A DNA stretch of 64,000 nucleotides, taken from the NCBI GenBank assembly GCA_002104905.1, contig MCFE01000151.1, forward strand, positions 89,256 through 153,255, in the 5' to 3' direction. The notes beneath the pieces are model-generated. The model had not been told where the DNA came from, searched no databases, and saw only the letters and a program-made list of their open reading frames with translations. A program made the translations under genes and the position numbers. Source of the stretch: Basidiobolus meristosporus CBS 931.73 (Eukaryota > Fungi > Basidiobolomycota). The first letter of the stretch is position 1; the number at the start of each line of letters is the position of its first letter. This document shows positions 41,250 through 54,832 of the stretch, one piece after another.

Positions 41250-43399
41250 TTACATGGACAATTCCGAGAACGGCTTGGCAGGGTGAGAATCAGCGTTTTG
41301 GTCGGGTGAGTGATGGACCATGGTTTGGCTTGGGTGATAATACCCGTGATGGGGATAGCCATGGTGATCGTGTTCGGTAGAGGGACTTGGTTGATAATTG
41401 TAGGTTTCATAACCGCATGGGATGGGAATGGCGTGTCGATGAGCTAATCCAGATGGAACTGGAATATTACCGAGAGCGCCGATGTTTCCATTCGTGTAGG
41501 CTCTTTGATCCCAAGGTAGCCCATTTGTGGGTTCCGGAGGACACTGCCTATGCATATAGCCTCAAGGAAGAAGGGTGATTAGTATGCCATACAGAAATAG
41601 AGACAAAAGTCTGCCTCTGTCTCTACAGATGGTGTACTCACCAGTATGTGTGGTCATCGAGTGCTCCAGCAGAATGCTGTATGTATTTTGGGCTTCAGAA
41701 AATCGGGTGCTCAACTGATATAGGTCATCTGGATTACAAGCGGCACCATGTGTTAGATAGGTTGTAACGATTGGTTTATAAAATCCTATACCTTTTTTAC
41801 GACCATAGTCTACAATCATCTTGGCTATCTTGGGACGTAAAGAAATTACAGTGGAATAGAGCATCTGGAGTAAAGGGTGGTCAATGACTGCGCCTTCGTC
41901 AAAGAATCTGCTGGTGATATTACCTGGAGCTCTTCGTTGTCGAATGGATCGTTCTTTTGAAGGTCCATGCTTTCAAGTGCCTGGAGCAGCTGATCAACAG
42001 TACTAGCTTCTGACTGGACTTCGTCCTCAGGATAGAACGAGGCTTCAGGCGCAAGGTCTGGCATCGATTTCTGTTGGATTCTGGGTGAGTTCAGTCTCCA
42101 TCACTTCAAGCTGGATAACAAGGCGTACCACGTAGTTAGCTGGGAAAATACCCACTCGGCCATTTATTTCGCCAGTCCACCATTCTCTGTATTTAGTGTC
42201 GACGACGATAATCACATCATTCTTGCAGAAGCCGAGTTCCCCGCGTTCGGTGGCTTTGAAATCGTAGAGGGCTTTGACTCTAGTAACCTCCGATGGCCGT
42301 TTGGATTCTACACCCTAGATACGAATGAAAAGTGATTCTATTAGCGACGTGACCCGCTTCGTTTTTAAACAATCCGTGTACCTTTGGGGAAGGATCGACA
42401 TCCGGCATACTAGGGGTGAAGGTGCTTCTCTAAACATACTAGATGAATCTAGGTATAATTGCATCACCAAGATCAAGAGAATACCTACCGTCTTAATGCG
42501 ATATTCATTTTCCGAAAGAGACAACGCCAAAGCTAACTGAAGCTCCTCCTCCTCCTTTAATTTATCCGAGTCGGCCTGCTCATGTAAGTGTGAGTGGATT
42601 TCTGTGATGTTGGCAAAGAATACATTGAATACGAACCTGCATCGGTCTTTTGGGTAAGTTTGGCGTGGGAAACGGATGATCTGGATAATGTTTGAGTAAC
42701 CGCCTCTTGTGTGATTGAGCATCTCCAGAAATCTTACTTTGCGCTTTGAGCTGAGAGTATGTTTCTTGCATCAGATTGAGCGATGAGTGCTCCCGAAACT
42801 CGAAGCTCCACAGCTGGATAAGTTCGAGGACTCGCTTCTTTACCAGGTCATGGATATTCTGTGCGAGGATATGATATCAGCATCTGTCTAGTACTTGGCC
42901 GTGGATTTACAGATATATCCACTTACACGATCATTCAGCAAACGAACTAAAGTGGTGGTGAAAGCTCTTGAAGACACCTCCCTATGGATTTCTATCCCAC
43001 AATTTTTCACCAGAGCTTCCGTAAGCTGAAGAGATTGTGTTAGCAAATGATTGATACATGGCGAGCTACAGGCAACCCTACCAGCAATGCGTAGAGAAGT
43101 ACATTGGCATTGCAGTGTGTCAATCTTTTCGCAATAGCGGCGATGCAGTCTCGAGCCCTGCGAGTGGAATATCTCGGCAATCAGCAAACTCTGGGCAGAA
43201 AATAACTCTTGTTGAGAAATGGCTCACCCATTGGCGACCGTCTTTGTGTTGACCTTATCACAAACGGCCAGGATTAGCATCCAATTGTCGGAGGTCAGGT
43301 TTTCACTGGTGGCTTTGGCTGAGGAGGCGTAAGTAACATGGGCTTTAGCAAGCGAGCGTAAAGATATTTACCGACGAGCTCTTCGAAGGGATTTGGCAT
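41250..43399 (-). CDS. HSE1: ESCRT-0 subunit Hse1/STAM (VHS-UIM-SH3-GAT), multi-exon
   Basis: MPNPFEELV|AKATSENLTSDNW (VHS), KEEEELQLALALSLSE (UIM), VRALYDF...WWTGEINGRVGIFPANYV (SH3), GAT-like helix, Pro/His-rich tail; 3' end approximate. Confidence 0.88.
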
Positions 43400-44327
43400 T
43401 CTGTTTATTTTTCGAGAAATGCGGCAAGCGACCTCAAGCTACTTATGGGACACTCACCAGCGAAGCTAAGGAAATGGATGGGCATGTGGGTTCGATTTCC
43501 GCTTCAACAAAGTGACAGTTAATAATGCCATATTTAGAGAGTTAATTAACAAATTTCCATGGAATCAAACTATCCCTGATCTCGTTCTTGGGATTTTGTA
43601 CATTTTTGGCATGGGCTCTCGACTGACTTTCACTCGATCCAACCATAACCACGAAAGCATAAGGCCATTTGAGGAATCTACAGGTAAATGGCTACCTGGA
43701 TATTCAGAGTATGTAGACAACTTGGGAAGTCGGGCCCGAGATTCCCAAAAACTCATCCCTACGCTGTGTGCCCAGCAAGGTGGGTGAGTTGGGCGCAGCC
43801 AGGGTTGAGTTCACAGCAAGCCTCTTGGTAATGAAGGTATAGCTGCTGCATATCACACCGCACCGCACACCATAACAACATAGCCTGCAGCTCACTTGAT
43901 CTCCACAAGCTTGAAACCCTCGTCTCGACGCATGTCTGTTGAAATTCGACCCTCCCATTATTAGTTGTATGTCCAATCTGGGAGAAACTCTGACCTAATT
44001 TAAATATCGATTCATTTGAAATCTCATGGATAATTCATGCAGTATACTTCCCTAATCTGTACCGCCACTTTTTCCACACAAGAATCCTGCCCTCATTTTA
44101 AACTCCACTGGCCAATCATTGAAGCGTTTTTCACCGCTGTGGAAATTGCTGAGAATATCAAGCATAGCCAATCAATTATAGCATGGAGCTTTAGTTAGAC
44201 CCGATTTATTTATTAAGTTTCCGATAAAATGCTGTCTGCTTCTCTGCCTTGTATCTTGTTCTAAATTTCATCTTCCTTAGTCTTGGTTTTCTAATTTTGC
44301 TGGCAGGTTTATTCTTTTACTAAAAAC

Positions 44328-44660
44328 ATGGGTGGAATCGCCGTACTTATCGTCGCCGCTGCTATCGCCGTACTGTGCGTAGCTGCCTACTTCTTCAGTC
44401 CCAAGGGCCCCGACCAGACGTAGGTGGTGGATATAGCTTTCCCTCCTTACCATTGTCTAACCAGCTTGCTTTGCAACAGCCTCTATCGCACAAGCATCAT
44501 ACTGGCTCTCATTTGCATGTATCTGATGTAAGTATGCTCGTGACACCTTTTGTTTGAAGCCCAGTTCACTAATCATGTTGGCAGGTGGGCGATCACTTAC
44601 ATGGCTCAACTGAATCCGTTGATCGCACCCAAGCGTTCCGACTTGAAACCCTCGCACTGA
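44328..44660 (+). CDS. VMA9: V-ATPase V0 subunit e (three small exons; absent from the ORF track)
   Basis: Exons 44328-44419, 44480-44527 and 44585-44660 give MGGIAVLIV...SPKGPDQTLYRTSIILALICMYLMWAITYMAQLNPLIAPKRSDLKPSH. Confidence 0.93.
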
Positions 44661-46285
44661 AGTCCCACATAACCCAGAAAGAACCCCCGCACTTGCATCT
44701 CACCTTGTTGCCTTGAAGTTGTGAAGCACCCAATCTGTCATGACATGGCTGTTCGCCGCCAAAATTGCCTTTTCTATTGTCACCAGCTGAACTGTTGCGT
44801 AGCGAAGCAGTTTTCCACTATAATTCTAGCCATTTTTACTAATAAACTATGTTACTATACCGTAGTCCATACTCAACCACCCTTTTTGCGAAATTCAAAC
44901 CACCCCTAGACACCCCTTTCAGCCCGCTCTCTTTCCGAAGTAGATCCACGGGGCCCACGAAACTACTGGGCTTCTCGTTGGGCTAAAAAGTCCCACGGTC
45001 TGCAGAGGCAGCAAGCACCGACATATAATGCCGACAGCGTATATGGCTGTTGTGGTGCCTGACAGTATTTCCACACACCAAAGCCAGGTGAGATCTCACC
45101 ATGCTGCATATTCCAAAAAACCTCTATATGGTTTGCACTATTGATAGCTATGACCGCACAAGCACAGGCATCCGTTTTGGGGTCCGTTTGCGACTATTTC
45201 GTAAGCCTCTTCAGCATGACTGTTGCCTTACAGTAATGCCGCTGGTACTAAATGCAAGTCGTTCGTACGAGTATTGTTCGCTCCTTAAGAGCACCTAAAC
45301 TGCAGTCCAATGTCCGAATAAAGTTCACTTCGAGGTGACGACACTCCTCAGCTATGGCGATAGACCGGTTAAAATTACTCTGGATCCGGCTTTTCCGGCA
45401 TCCAACATAGATACGTCGGTACGAATGTGCCATTCAGGCCCACAACTTCTGAACTTGGGATTCCTGGTTCACTCACACGGGCTGTGCCAAGCATTGTAGG
45501 AATAAGGGTAGGCGGAGTATAAAGGTGTCCCGATAGCGAATGCATCCATGCACCAGTTGACTCTGGATACATATGGAGGGAAGCGCTTGACCTATTGTCC
45601 TCAGATGCCACAAGTCCAAGCATTCCTAGCCGTCTAGAACGGTCTGCTCCATTGCAAACGACACACGGATCTGGGTGATCATCATTCTATTCATATGGTG
45701 TCCCATATGTGTGCATCTCTCTATCCTTGGCACAACTCGAAATTTATTTCTCATTGACAACGTGATGGTTATTTTGAACGCTACGCAGACGGCACTCGAC
45801 AGCTTCATGTAGTAGCCGGTGGACACATAGATACTGGTAGGTGATATTCAATGTAATCAACTCTGACCAACTCTTGGTCCCGGTGCTCGGCGAGGGTTTG
45901 TTTGAAAAACCTCGACTCATCACATCATCAACACCACCAATGCACTCCTACATGTGGTGTTTTTTCGCCCAACATTTCCTAACTTATACGCCACCCATCC
46001 ATTTCCATGACTCATGCAGGAGTCCGAGCGTAGCGACTGCTGAATAGTACGAATACACCGTGGTTTCGAGTTATGTCATTCATCGGGCAATGTTTGAAGA
46101 AAGTTTACGATCACGTTGGGTGGTTTATATTAAGCCAAAATACCTCAGTGGTGCCTCTAGTAGCCAGTTTGCTTTCTACTATCTGCCATCCCGGCAACTG
46201 TGAGATCTTTCGTAATCCCTTAACCCTTCTTTAAACTTTAACATTAACCCTTTAAACCGACCCACTCCACAGCCGCTCACTCAAC

Positions 46286-47645
46286 ATGAGAAGGTCCGGA
46301 TTTATCACGATGCTATGTTGGTATCTTCTGATGATCGCTCTACATCCCCACGTCCTCGGATGCGAGCAGATCACGAAACGCAGAGAGATCCACCAACTAT
46401 CGGACGTGGAACGAATTAACTTCATTAACGCCCTAAAAGAGCTTAAAGAATCTGGCGAATACGACAGATTGACCAAACTCCATGTGCTGGCTTTCAAAAA
46501 CGTCCACGGAAAACCCTCGTTTTTCCCTTGGCATAGAAAATCGTTGCGGGAATTTGAGCTGGCCTTGCAGCAGATAGACCCTTCACTAGCCGTACCATAT
46601 TGGGTAAGCGATCACGATGTGCTTCGCCAATCAATCATTTCTAACCGGCTTCTTAGGACTGGACTTTGGATTCACAAGCACCAGAGACCAGCAAGGTATT
46701 TGAATGGTTTGGGGGAAACGGAGTCTCGGCTGGTAACTGTGTTGATGATTTCCCACTAGCTTCATGGGAAACGGTGTCCCCTCAAGAAAGCTGCTTACGA
46801 AGGCAATTCACCCTGAACGGGGACAAGATCCCACCCTTCTACCCACCAGAGGTCATAGAAGAGGCTGTATCGGCCTCCGAGAGTTTCGAAGAGCTGCGCC
46901 AGGTGATTGAGCTGGGGCCACACGGCAGTGTGCACCTTGGAATCAACGGACATATGAGTCAATACAACAGTCCCAATGAGTAAGTGGCCTCTGTCCTTAC
47001 ATCAAGCAGATGCAAACCTGTCCTAAACCGCATGTGTAAAGCCCACTGTTCTGGCTTCATCACGCTTTTATAGATAAGATTTGGGCTGATTGGCAGAATA
47101 GACACGGCGACCAGGTCGACCCTTACGCGAACGAAGAATTCTCCATCCACGACACCTTGCCTCAATTCAGCACCACAGTAGAGGAGGTTTTGAACCTCAC
47201 GGACCTGTGCTACGAATATGTGGATGAGCGGTCGACCCCCGACTCTAGCAACCAGAACACCCGTCTACCAGATTTCCTCGCCCACTTCTCAGGGCAGCTG
47301 CAGAACATCTGGAAAAGTACCCAGAACATCCCTAGGGATTTCATCCACCCGCCCGACTACTCGAAGATCTACGGTGGCCCTAACGCTGGCGACCGAACCG
47401 AAACAAAGAAGCTGAGGTTTCCCTTGGGGTTGCCCAAAGAATACATAGACATGATGGGGTGGAACTTGACTACGGTGCGCAAGTACGAGTCCAAGTTCGC
47501 CAGAATCATTTCCGTTATCAACCGCTCTTCAGAATACCTCTCCCCAGCTTCCCTGATCAAGCGCGGGATTGGCCGACGCATGAAAGACATCTGGTCCAAA
47601 GTAAGGACCTGGAACTCTACCAAACCAACTTTCCAAAGTAGTTGA
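46286..47645 (+). CDS. Secreted tyrosinase-domain (di-copper) protein
   Basis: Hydrophobic N-terminus; CuA H..VHGKPSFFPWHR; PYWDW across intron 46604-46656; CuB HGSVH...SPNDPLFWLHHAFIDKIW across intron 46980-47041. Confidence 0.92.
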
Positions 47646-48692
47646 ATATCCTGATGATAGTTACGAGGATCAGCTGGGTTTTAAGAATATTCAGCTAGAC
47701 AGTTACAAACCCAAGCAAACTGTATACTACAATATCACAGTAAACTCCCCTGATAATATGAAATCAACATTACTATTCCTCGAGCAGTATATTCGTGTAG
47801 CTACACAGCTTTATGTCGGCCAGTTCGCTCAACACTCGCGCGCCAGTGAGGCAGCAGGCGTTGCAGTACCCAAAGACGGCACGAACAATAGCTAGTCTGG
47901 AATTGAGCTACTCGAAACTTTCCGCCACCTTGGCACCCGAGTGGTTTTTTCCACCGCAGCTATTGGCTTAGCGGGCGTTGGCGTTCACGCAAGCCTTGCA
48001 GAGGGCATAGAGCAGAGTTCATCCGCCCTTCAGATCAGATATGGCACCCGCCAAGACTGCCATCAGAATATCTATCCAACTCACATGTCAATTGCATCGT
48101 CCTTCCATATTCATCAGGAAATGTACCACAAATAACAGGATCATCTGGCCAATACTTAGAGCATCGAATCAAACAAATCCTTTTATAAGCCAGGTCCTCA
48201 ATGATTGCATTCCAATGCCTAATCAGCTCTTCCCTACGATTATCAGAGTCTAAATACTGTTAGGCCTCTGGCCAATCATCAATAGACACAAGGAGGTACG
48301 TAATGAGGACGAAACATCCAGTGTCTATGTTGCCCTACTTGTAACTCTATCACTCATCAGACAATTAAGGACGGCGGCCGGTGATTGGCCGGGACAAAGG
48401 CCCATCATTATTAGAGCAGCTTTTCCCAACTATGCCCCTAAAGCAACAGAGTGGTGAAAACAAATGTGTTACCCGAGGTCGTATCTGCAACGTGGTTAGT
48501 TTTAGTTAGATAAACACTTAGTATAGCCCACCATACGGACTTAATATGGTATTCTCCTAGTGAAGGATCGCGACCAATCAGGCCGTGCGCGGCATGTAAT
48601 CTCTGGAGTGGCTCGCCAATGCCATATAAAAGTTTTGTCTGCCCTGCTTCCCCTTAGGTGCGAAGCCTTTCTTCACTGTCAATACCTTAGAA

Positions 48693-50016
<1,324 letters not shown>

Positions 50017-51799
50017 TTTTGTACATTACCATTTTATAAATCAGTAGAGTAACGCTGAACCCACCTTTAATAATACTTGATCTACGTGTGCTATTCTATT
50101 CAGTAAAAATATGAAATCATCAATATTAATATAATGCGGTTTATCCCCAACTTAACATTACAGTTCAAGTTACTAATTGTTTGCCAGAGTTACTGTGAAT
50201 GAGCGTGATTGTTTCCCATTCTACAAATCGGGAATGTTGGTGGAATGTGCGCCAATCCAAACAGCCAACGCTTGGTAAATAGGCTTAGGAAACGCCAGCA
50301 GCTGGCTTAGAACTTTAGAGAGCTGAACTAATAGCGGTCATAACAGTTCACTCATGTAGTTATTAGCGGACTTCAATGCTTGGAATCGGTGAGTGACTTT
50401 TGTACCAGAGTACGAGAACTAGGAGAAAGACGTATTCTCACGCATCAGTACATAGCTTTCGAAACCGTGGTACCATAGTAGTCATTTTCGCATAAGTGCA
50501 GTGTAAGCAGGAGAAATACACTGCAGTAGAAGTAGAGTTCACATAAAAACATCAAATAATCATCATCGCAATATGTAGTGAGTTGTAATAGATCACGTTT
50601 TAGTATGTCTATTAGTATTGGTTGGCCAAAGCTAAGTTGGCAGATTATCGTATTTGTGTTAGATCTTGATGGAGTTAGGTGCTTAAACTTGTTACACTAC
50701 CGATCAATCGGATACACAATCATATGAAGAACCTCAATCGTTGTTTCCCTTGGTATTATTATTGTTTTTTATTATGCTAATATTCTAAAAACCCGACTAT
50801 TCACTAATGACAAGGTTTGGAGCAATAACCATACTGTACAGGTCAACTCACGTCAACTCACGTCAACTCCCAATTCGTGAGCAGCCTGAAGGGTCCCAAT
50901 TAGACTCCGGAGGGGTTTATGGCCTAGAAGTATCAGGTCAGCATGATCGGGGGACAGAAACTCGCTAGTTAGATAGTCACGAGTGTCGTGGATCTCAAAG
51001 ACATCGGAACCATTTTTTTCAGCGCGAATAATAGCATTGGGAGGTAAAAGAACGGCGTGGGCAAGGAAGTTCGGAAATATGGATCCATTACTTTGGAAAC
51101 GGATTGGCACTCAAGACCGTGTGGTCCGAATCTCGCAAGCCTTAGATCATTTGTTTGAACAGATCTAATCGTTCACTTGGGTTACCAGTGTGCCTTATAC
51201 CTAGCAATTGTCAATACATCCAGCCTCTTCCATTGGCTGTGTATTGCTCAACCTGATCTAATTTTCTCTTACATCTCGTATATGCTACACTTTCGAAGTA
51301 CCCGGCTTTCTCAGTGAGCATGTAAACACAAGGGTAGGAAGTAGTATCATCTGTATGCGTAGCTCCCTTCAGCCCGGCGTAGCCAGAAATTCGAGACCGA
51401 GTCCTGCTTGGCATTCAATACTAAACTCCTTACTCACATTAGTAGTATTCGAGCTATGGAAGTGTAAATGATGGAGTTTTAGGATAGCAAAGGGATACTT
51501 GGTGCTTACAAGGTACAGGGGAAAGTGGAGCTTTCGGAGTGAGCGGATATGTGGTAAGACGTAGTCGGAAGGAGCACCCGTAACCACCCAAGAGCAACTT
51601 ATGCCAAGAGATCAGTCAAAATAACGAAGCATGTTTGATAAATGGAACATGGCGTAGCGGGTCAGCATATATATACATCGAAGAAGCGATCTGCGAGAAT
51701 TAAAACTTATTCAGTCATCGTCCTAAAAGCCACTGTACTAAAGGGAGTATGCTAGCTACATTCTGGGATTATTCTAACTAAACAAGTGCAGAGTCGTTG

Positions 51800-52364
51800 T
51801 GATAAAGTGTTTATTGACTTCTTCGGTTGCCCCGAATTGACCTCGGTATACTTGTCCAAGGCTTGATGAAGTTTACCCCACAGGCCGCCATGACAATTCT
51901 TAACCTCCTCCCACTCCCTCAGGGTTTCGCTTAAAATCATCAGCCAGCCACCAACAATGAAATCCGCATAGGATGCCTTTTCGCCCTCAAGGAATGGCCC
52001 ATTGCTACGTTCATAGAACTTATTGAGCACTCCGAGAGCTGTTTTGAATGTTTCGAGTGTCCGCGTTCTCTCTTCTCCCTCATGATTTAAATTGGCCCAT
52101 TTCTCTTTACCTGCTCTCCATACAAAATCTGCTTTGCTCTTTTCAGCGGTTCGGGTCAAAAGGAATGCCATGAACGAATAGAAAGAATACCTGGACAAAA
52201 ATGGCATCCACTTGTGCGTTGAACGCCACGTGAAGACCTATTGTCGAGGGTGGGAACAATGTCTGGCCATTTGGATATATTTCATCAAGACAGAGTGTAA
52301 TATCAAATGAGTCTCCTATGATTTCTCCGGTGAAATGATCTTCAATGATTGGCAGGGTATAGGG
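51800..52364 (-). pseudogene. Glutathione S-transferase-like gene, 5'-truncated and frameshifted
   Basis: YTLPIIEDHFTGEIIGDSFDI...AFNAQVDAIF...HGIPFDP, frameshift near 52150, then TAEKSKADF...GPFLEGEKASYADFIVGGWL...HGGLWGKLHQAL. No N-terminal residues or start codon before the junction at 52362. Confidence 0.8.
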
Positions 52365-53270
52365 CTAGGGTTAGGGGGAGACAGTCACCAACAGGTGAAA
52401 TCTTTATTTCAGTTGAAATAAAGAAGTCAGCGCTACTTTTGTAGCTTTGATACAAGAGTGTGTAGCTGAGGGGAATTTGTATGTAAGTTAATAACAAGTG
52501 ATGATAGTTCTTCAGTGCTCAAGACACTGTTCAAAGGGATGGGGGGTAGCAAGAGAGGTAAGAATGACTTGTGAACAACATTAATGAGGGGAATATGATA
52601 AGGATCAATATTCATCATAAAGAGAGTGTGCAGCTTCAGATACTGCTGCCAAAGGTCTGTCAAGTTCTTCAGGTAGGCCAGCTTGGGTTTTTCTGACTGC
52701 AGAATATAGTGAGAAAACTTCTTGACTTCAGGATCTCCAAGTAGAGTTCTCCAGCAGGAGCCAAGTGTAGTGTGGTGTGTTCTCTTCCAGGCCTTGATCA
52801 GTGGGTTGTTGCAGTGGTGAAGTCTGAGATATAATCTGGTTCTAAGGTAGAGAAGTCTGATCTTGTAGGGCATAAAGCCAAAAGCACCAAGAATAGCATG
52901 TATGTAGAGGCATTCAGGTAGATGAGGCACTAAGGAGGTAATACACCAGACTGCAAGCTTGTCAAGCTTAGTGCAGTCTCTAGAAGTAAGAGAGAGAAGT
53001 GGTAAGCCAAATTCCAGGACAGGGAAGACAAACTGCTTGAGTACAAGGAGGCAGCTGGGAGCTGAAGTTGTAGGAGGAGTTACAGCCAGTAGCTTGTGGA
53101 GTGCTTGTTTTGCCAGGATAATTCTCTTCTTCAGGTGTGCTCCAGAGTCTAGTCCAGTAGGAAAGAAAGAAAAGCCAAGATATGTAGCAGAAACCTGAAC
53201 AGGTAGAGTGCAGCTCTCTAAGTAGAGAGGGCAACCCAAATGTACTGTCTTTGCAATGGAAAGCTGGAGA
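52362..53270 (-). mobile_element. Non-LTR retroelement unit A1, 5'-truncated (C-terminus of RT ORF plus 3' double hairpin and telomere-like end)
   Basis: ORF 52433-53239 is about 90% similar to the end of the RT ORF of unit A2; identity stops at ...CTGGAGA (53270). Confidence 0.9.
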
Positions 53271-54026
53271 GGGTTAGGGGAGGGAAAGTCACCAAGTTGG
53301 TGAAATCTTTATTTGAGTCAAAAATTAATCTAAGTACAAATAAAGAAGCCAATTAAGAAGTGTAGAACCTCTCTAATGAGTAATCTAATTTATGTTTTGT
53401 TTCATCTCTAATGTTTGTTTCTACAAGGTAAAGCTCATCAGGGGTCAATATATAATTCAAGGGTTTTGGGGGAAGTACAAACTGTAGATGATTCTGATTA
53501 ATATAATCCAAGACTGGAACCCAGCCTGGGATTAGGTGTAGTAGGAAAGATGTGTGGACTTGTAAGTAGCTCTGCTACATAGATCTTAGATGGTCCTGTG
53601 CCAGTATTCTTGGTTTCTCAGCTTTTTGAAGTTTTGAAGCAAGCTCTGTTACTACAGCAGAGCCAACCAGGGTGTGCCAGCAAGAAGATTTCAGGGAGGA
53701 GTTAGATTTAAGCCATTATTTGATGGAGGGGTTATGTGATTTCTGAAGTTTCAATAGGAAGGAAGCATGGAGATGGACCATTTGGATTTGGCATAGGTAG
53801 AACCCAAAGGCTCCATTAGTTGCATGGATATAGGGAGATACTGGAAGATAAGGTACCAAGGATCTGATACACTGATGGAGAAATTAATCCAGGTGGTGAA
53901 GTTCTCTGGAGGTTAGGGGTATAATGTGGAGACCAAGTTCAAGTACCAGCAGTACATACCACTTTAGAAGTATAGGGATCTTTTGAATTGAAGTTTCTGG
54001 AGTGACTACTACCAGAAGCTTTTTAA
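53271..54026 (-). mobile_element. Non-LTR unit B1 (diverged family), RT C-terminus with stops
   Basis: Manual translation LLVVVTPETSIQKIPILLKW...IHATNGAFGF...SSCWHTLVG...EKP...LPPKPLNYILTPDEL aligns with the A-family C-terminus; same terminal motif as A1. Confidence 0.8.
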
Positions 54027-54832
54027 TGTTGTAAGAGTCTTGGAGATATTGGAAGTGATTGGGAGGACAAGTAGATTATGTGGTTTTCACTTAATGATTT
54101 ATTGAATGTGAAAGAAGTATTTATAGGTTGACATGGTCTTGGCATTACAGACACATAGAATTGGTAAAGAAAGGTCCCAAGCACATGTGTGCAAAGTTTG
54201 GGGCTGTTTGGACAACTTTGAGAATTTTCATGTTCTGGGTACCTGGTATTTTGGTGAAAATATTCCAAGTGAATCCCAACAAGAAATTTGGTCAGTATCT
54301 TCTAGGATTTGAGGATAATGATTTAAGTGACTAAGTTAGGTGACTATTTAGGTGGAATTACAAATTCTTACAACTCTCCCACTCAGCTAAATGCTCATAC
54401 TGACTAGTGCTAATTTTGACCTAAGCTATTCAAACTTGTCTCTAGCTAATGGTTTTGTAAATATGTCTGCTACCATTTCATCTGAAGGACAGTAAGCTAA
54501 GTTAGCTAAGTTAGTCTCCATAGCTTCACATATGAAATAATGTCTTATATCTATGTGCTTAGTTCTAGCATGAAAAGTTGGATTTCTAGCTAATTGAATA
54601 CATCCTTGATTATCTTGAAATAAAGTAATAGGCGTTTTTTGACATAGGCCTAAATCTGTAAAAAGCTTTCTTAACCACATTGCTTCATTTGTAGCTTCAC
54701 AGGCTGCCATATACTCTGCCTCTGTGGTAGAAAGTGCAATGGTTGGTTGCTTTCTTGAATTCTGTGAAATTGCTCCTTGATATTAAGAAAGATGTATCCT
54801 GTGGTAGAACTTCTGTCTTCCAAATTTTGTCC
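54027..54832 (-). mobile_element. Copia 3' fragment (3' LTR 54027-54375, PPT, RNase H), truncated at the next junction
   Basis: Matches the reverse complement of 62476-63280; ORF 54426-54710 FQDNQGCIQLARNPTFHARTKHIDIR. Confidence 0.92.

Noticed and set aside
43480-43510. tRNA-like T-arm GTGGGTTCGATTTCCGC
   Set aside because: No matching acceptor stem, D-arm or A box upstream; it lies in the HSE1 promoter region.
45100-46050. Short ORFs between VMA9 and the tyrosinase
   Set aside because: No frame gave a recognizable domain or consistent splice structure.
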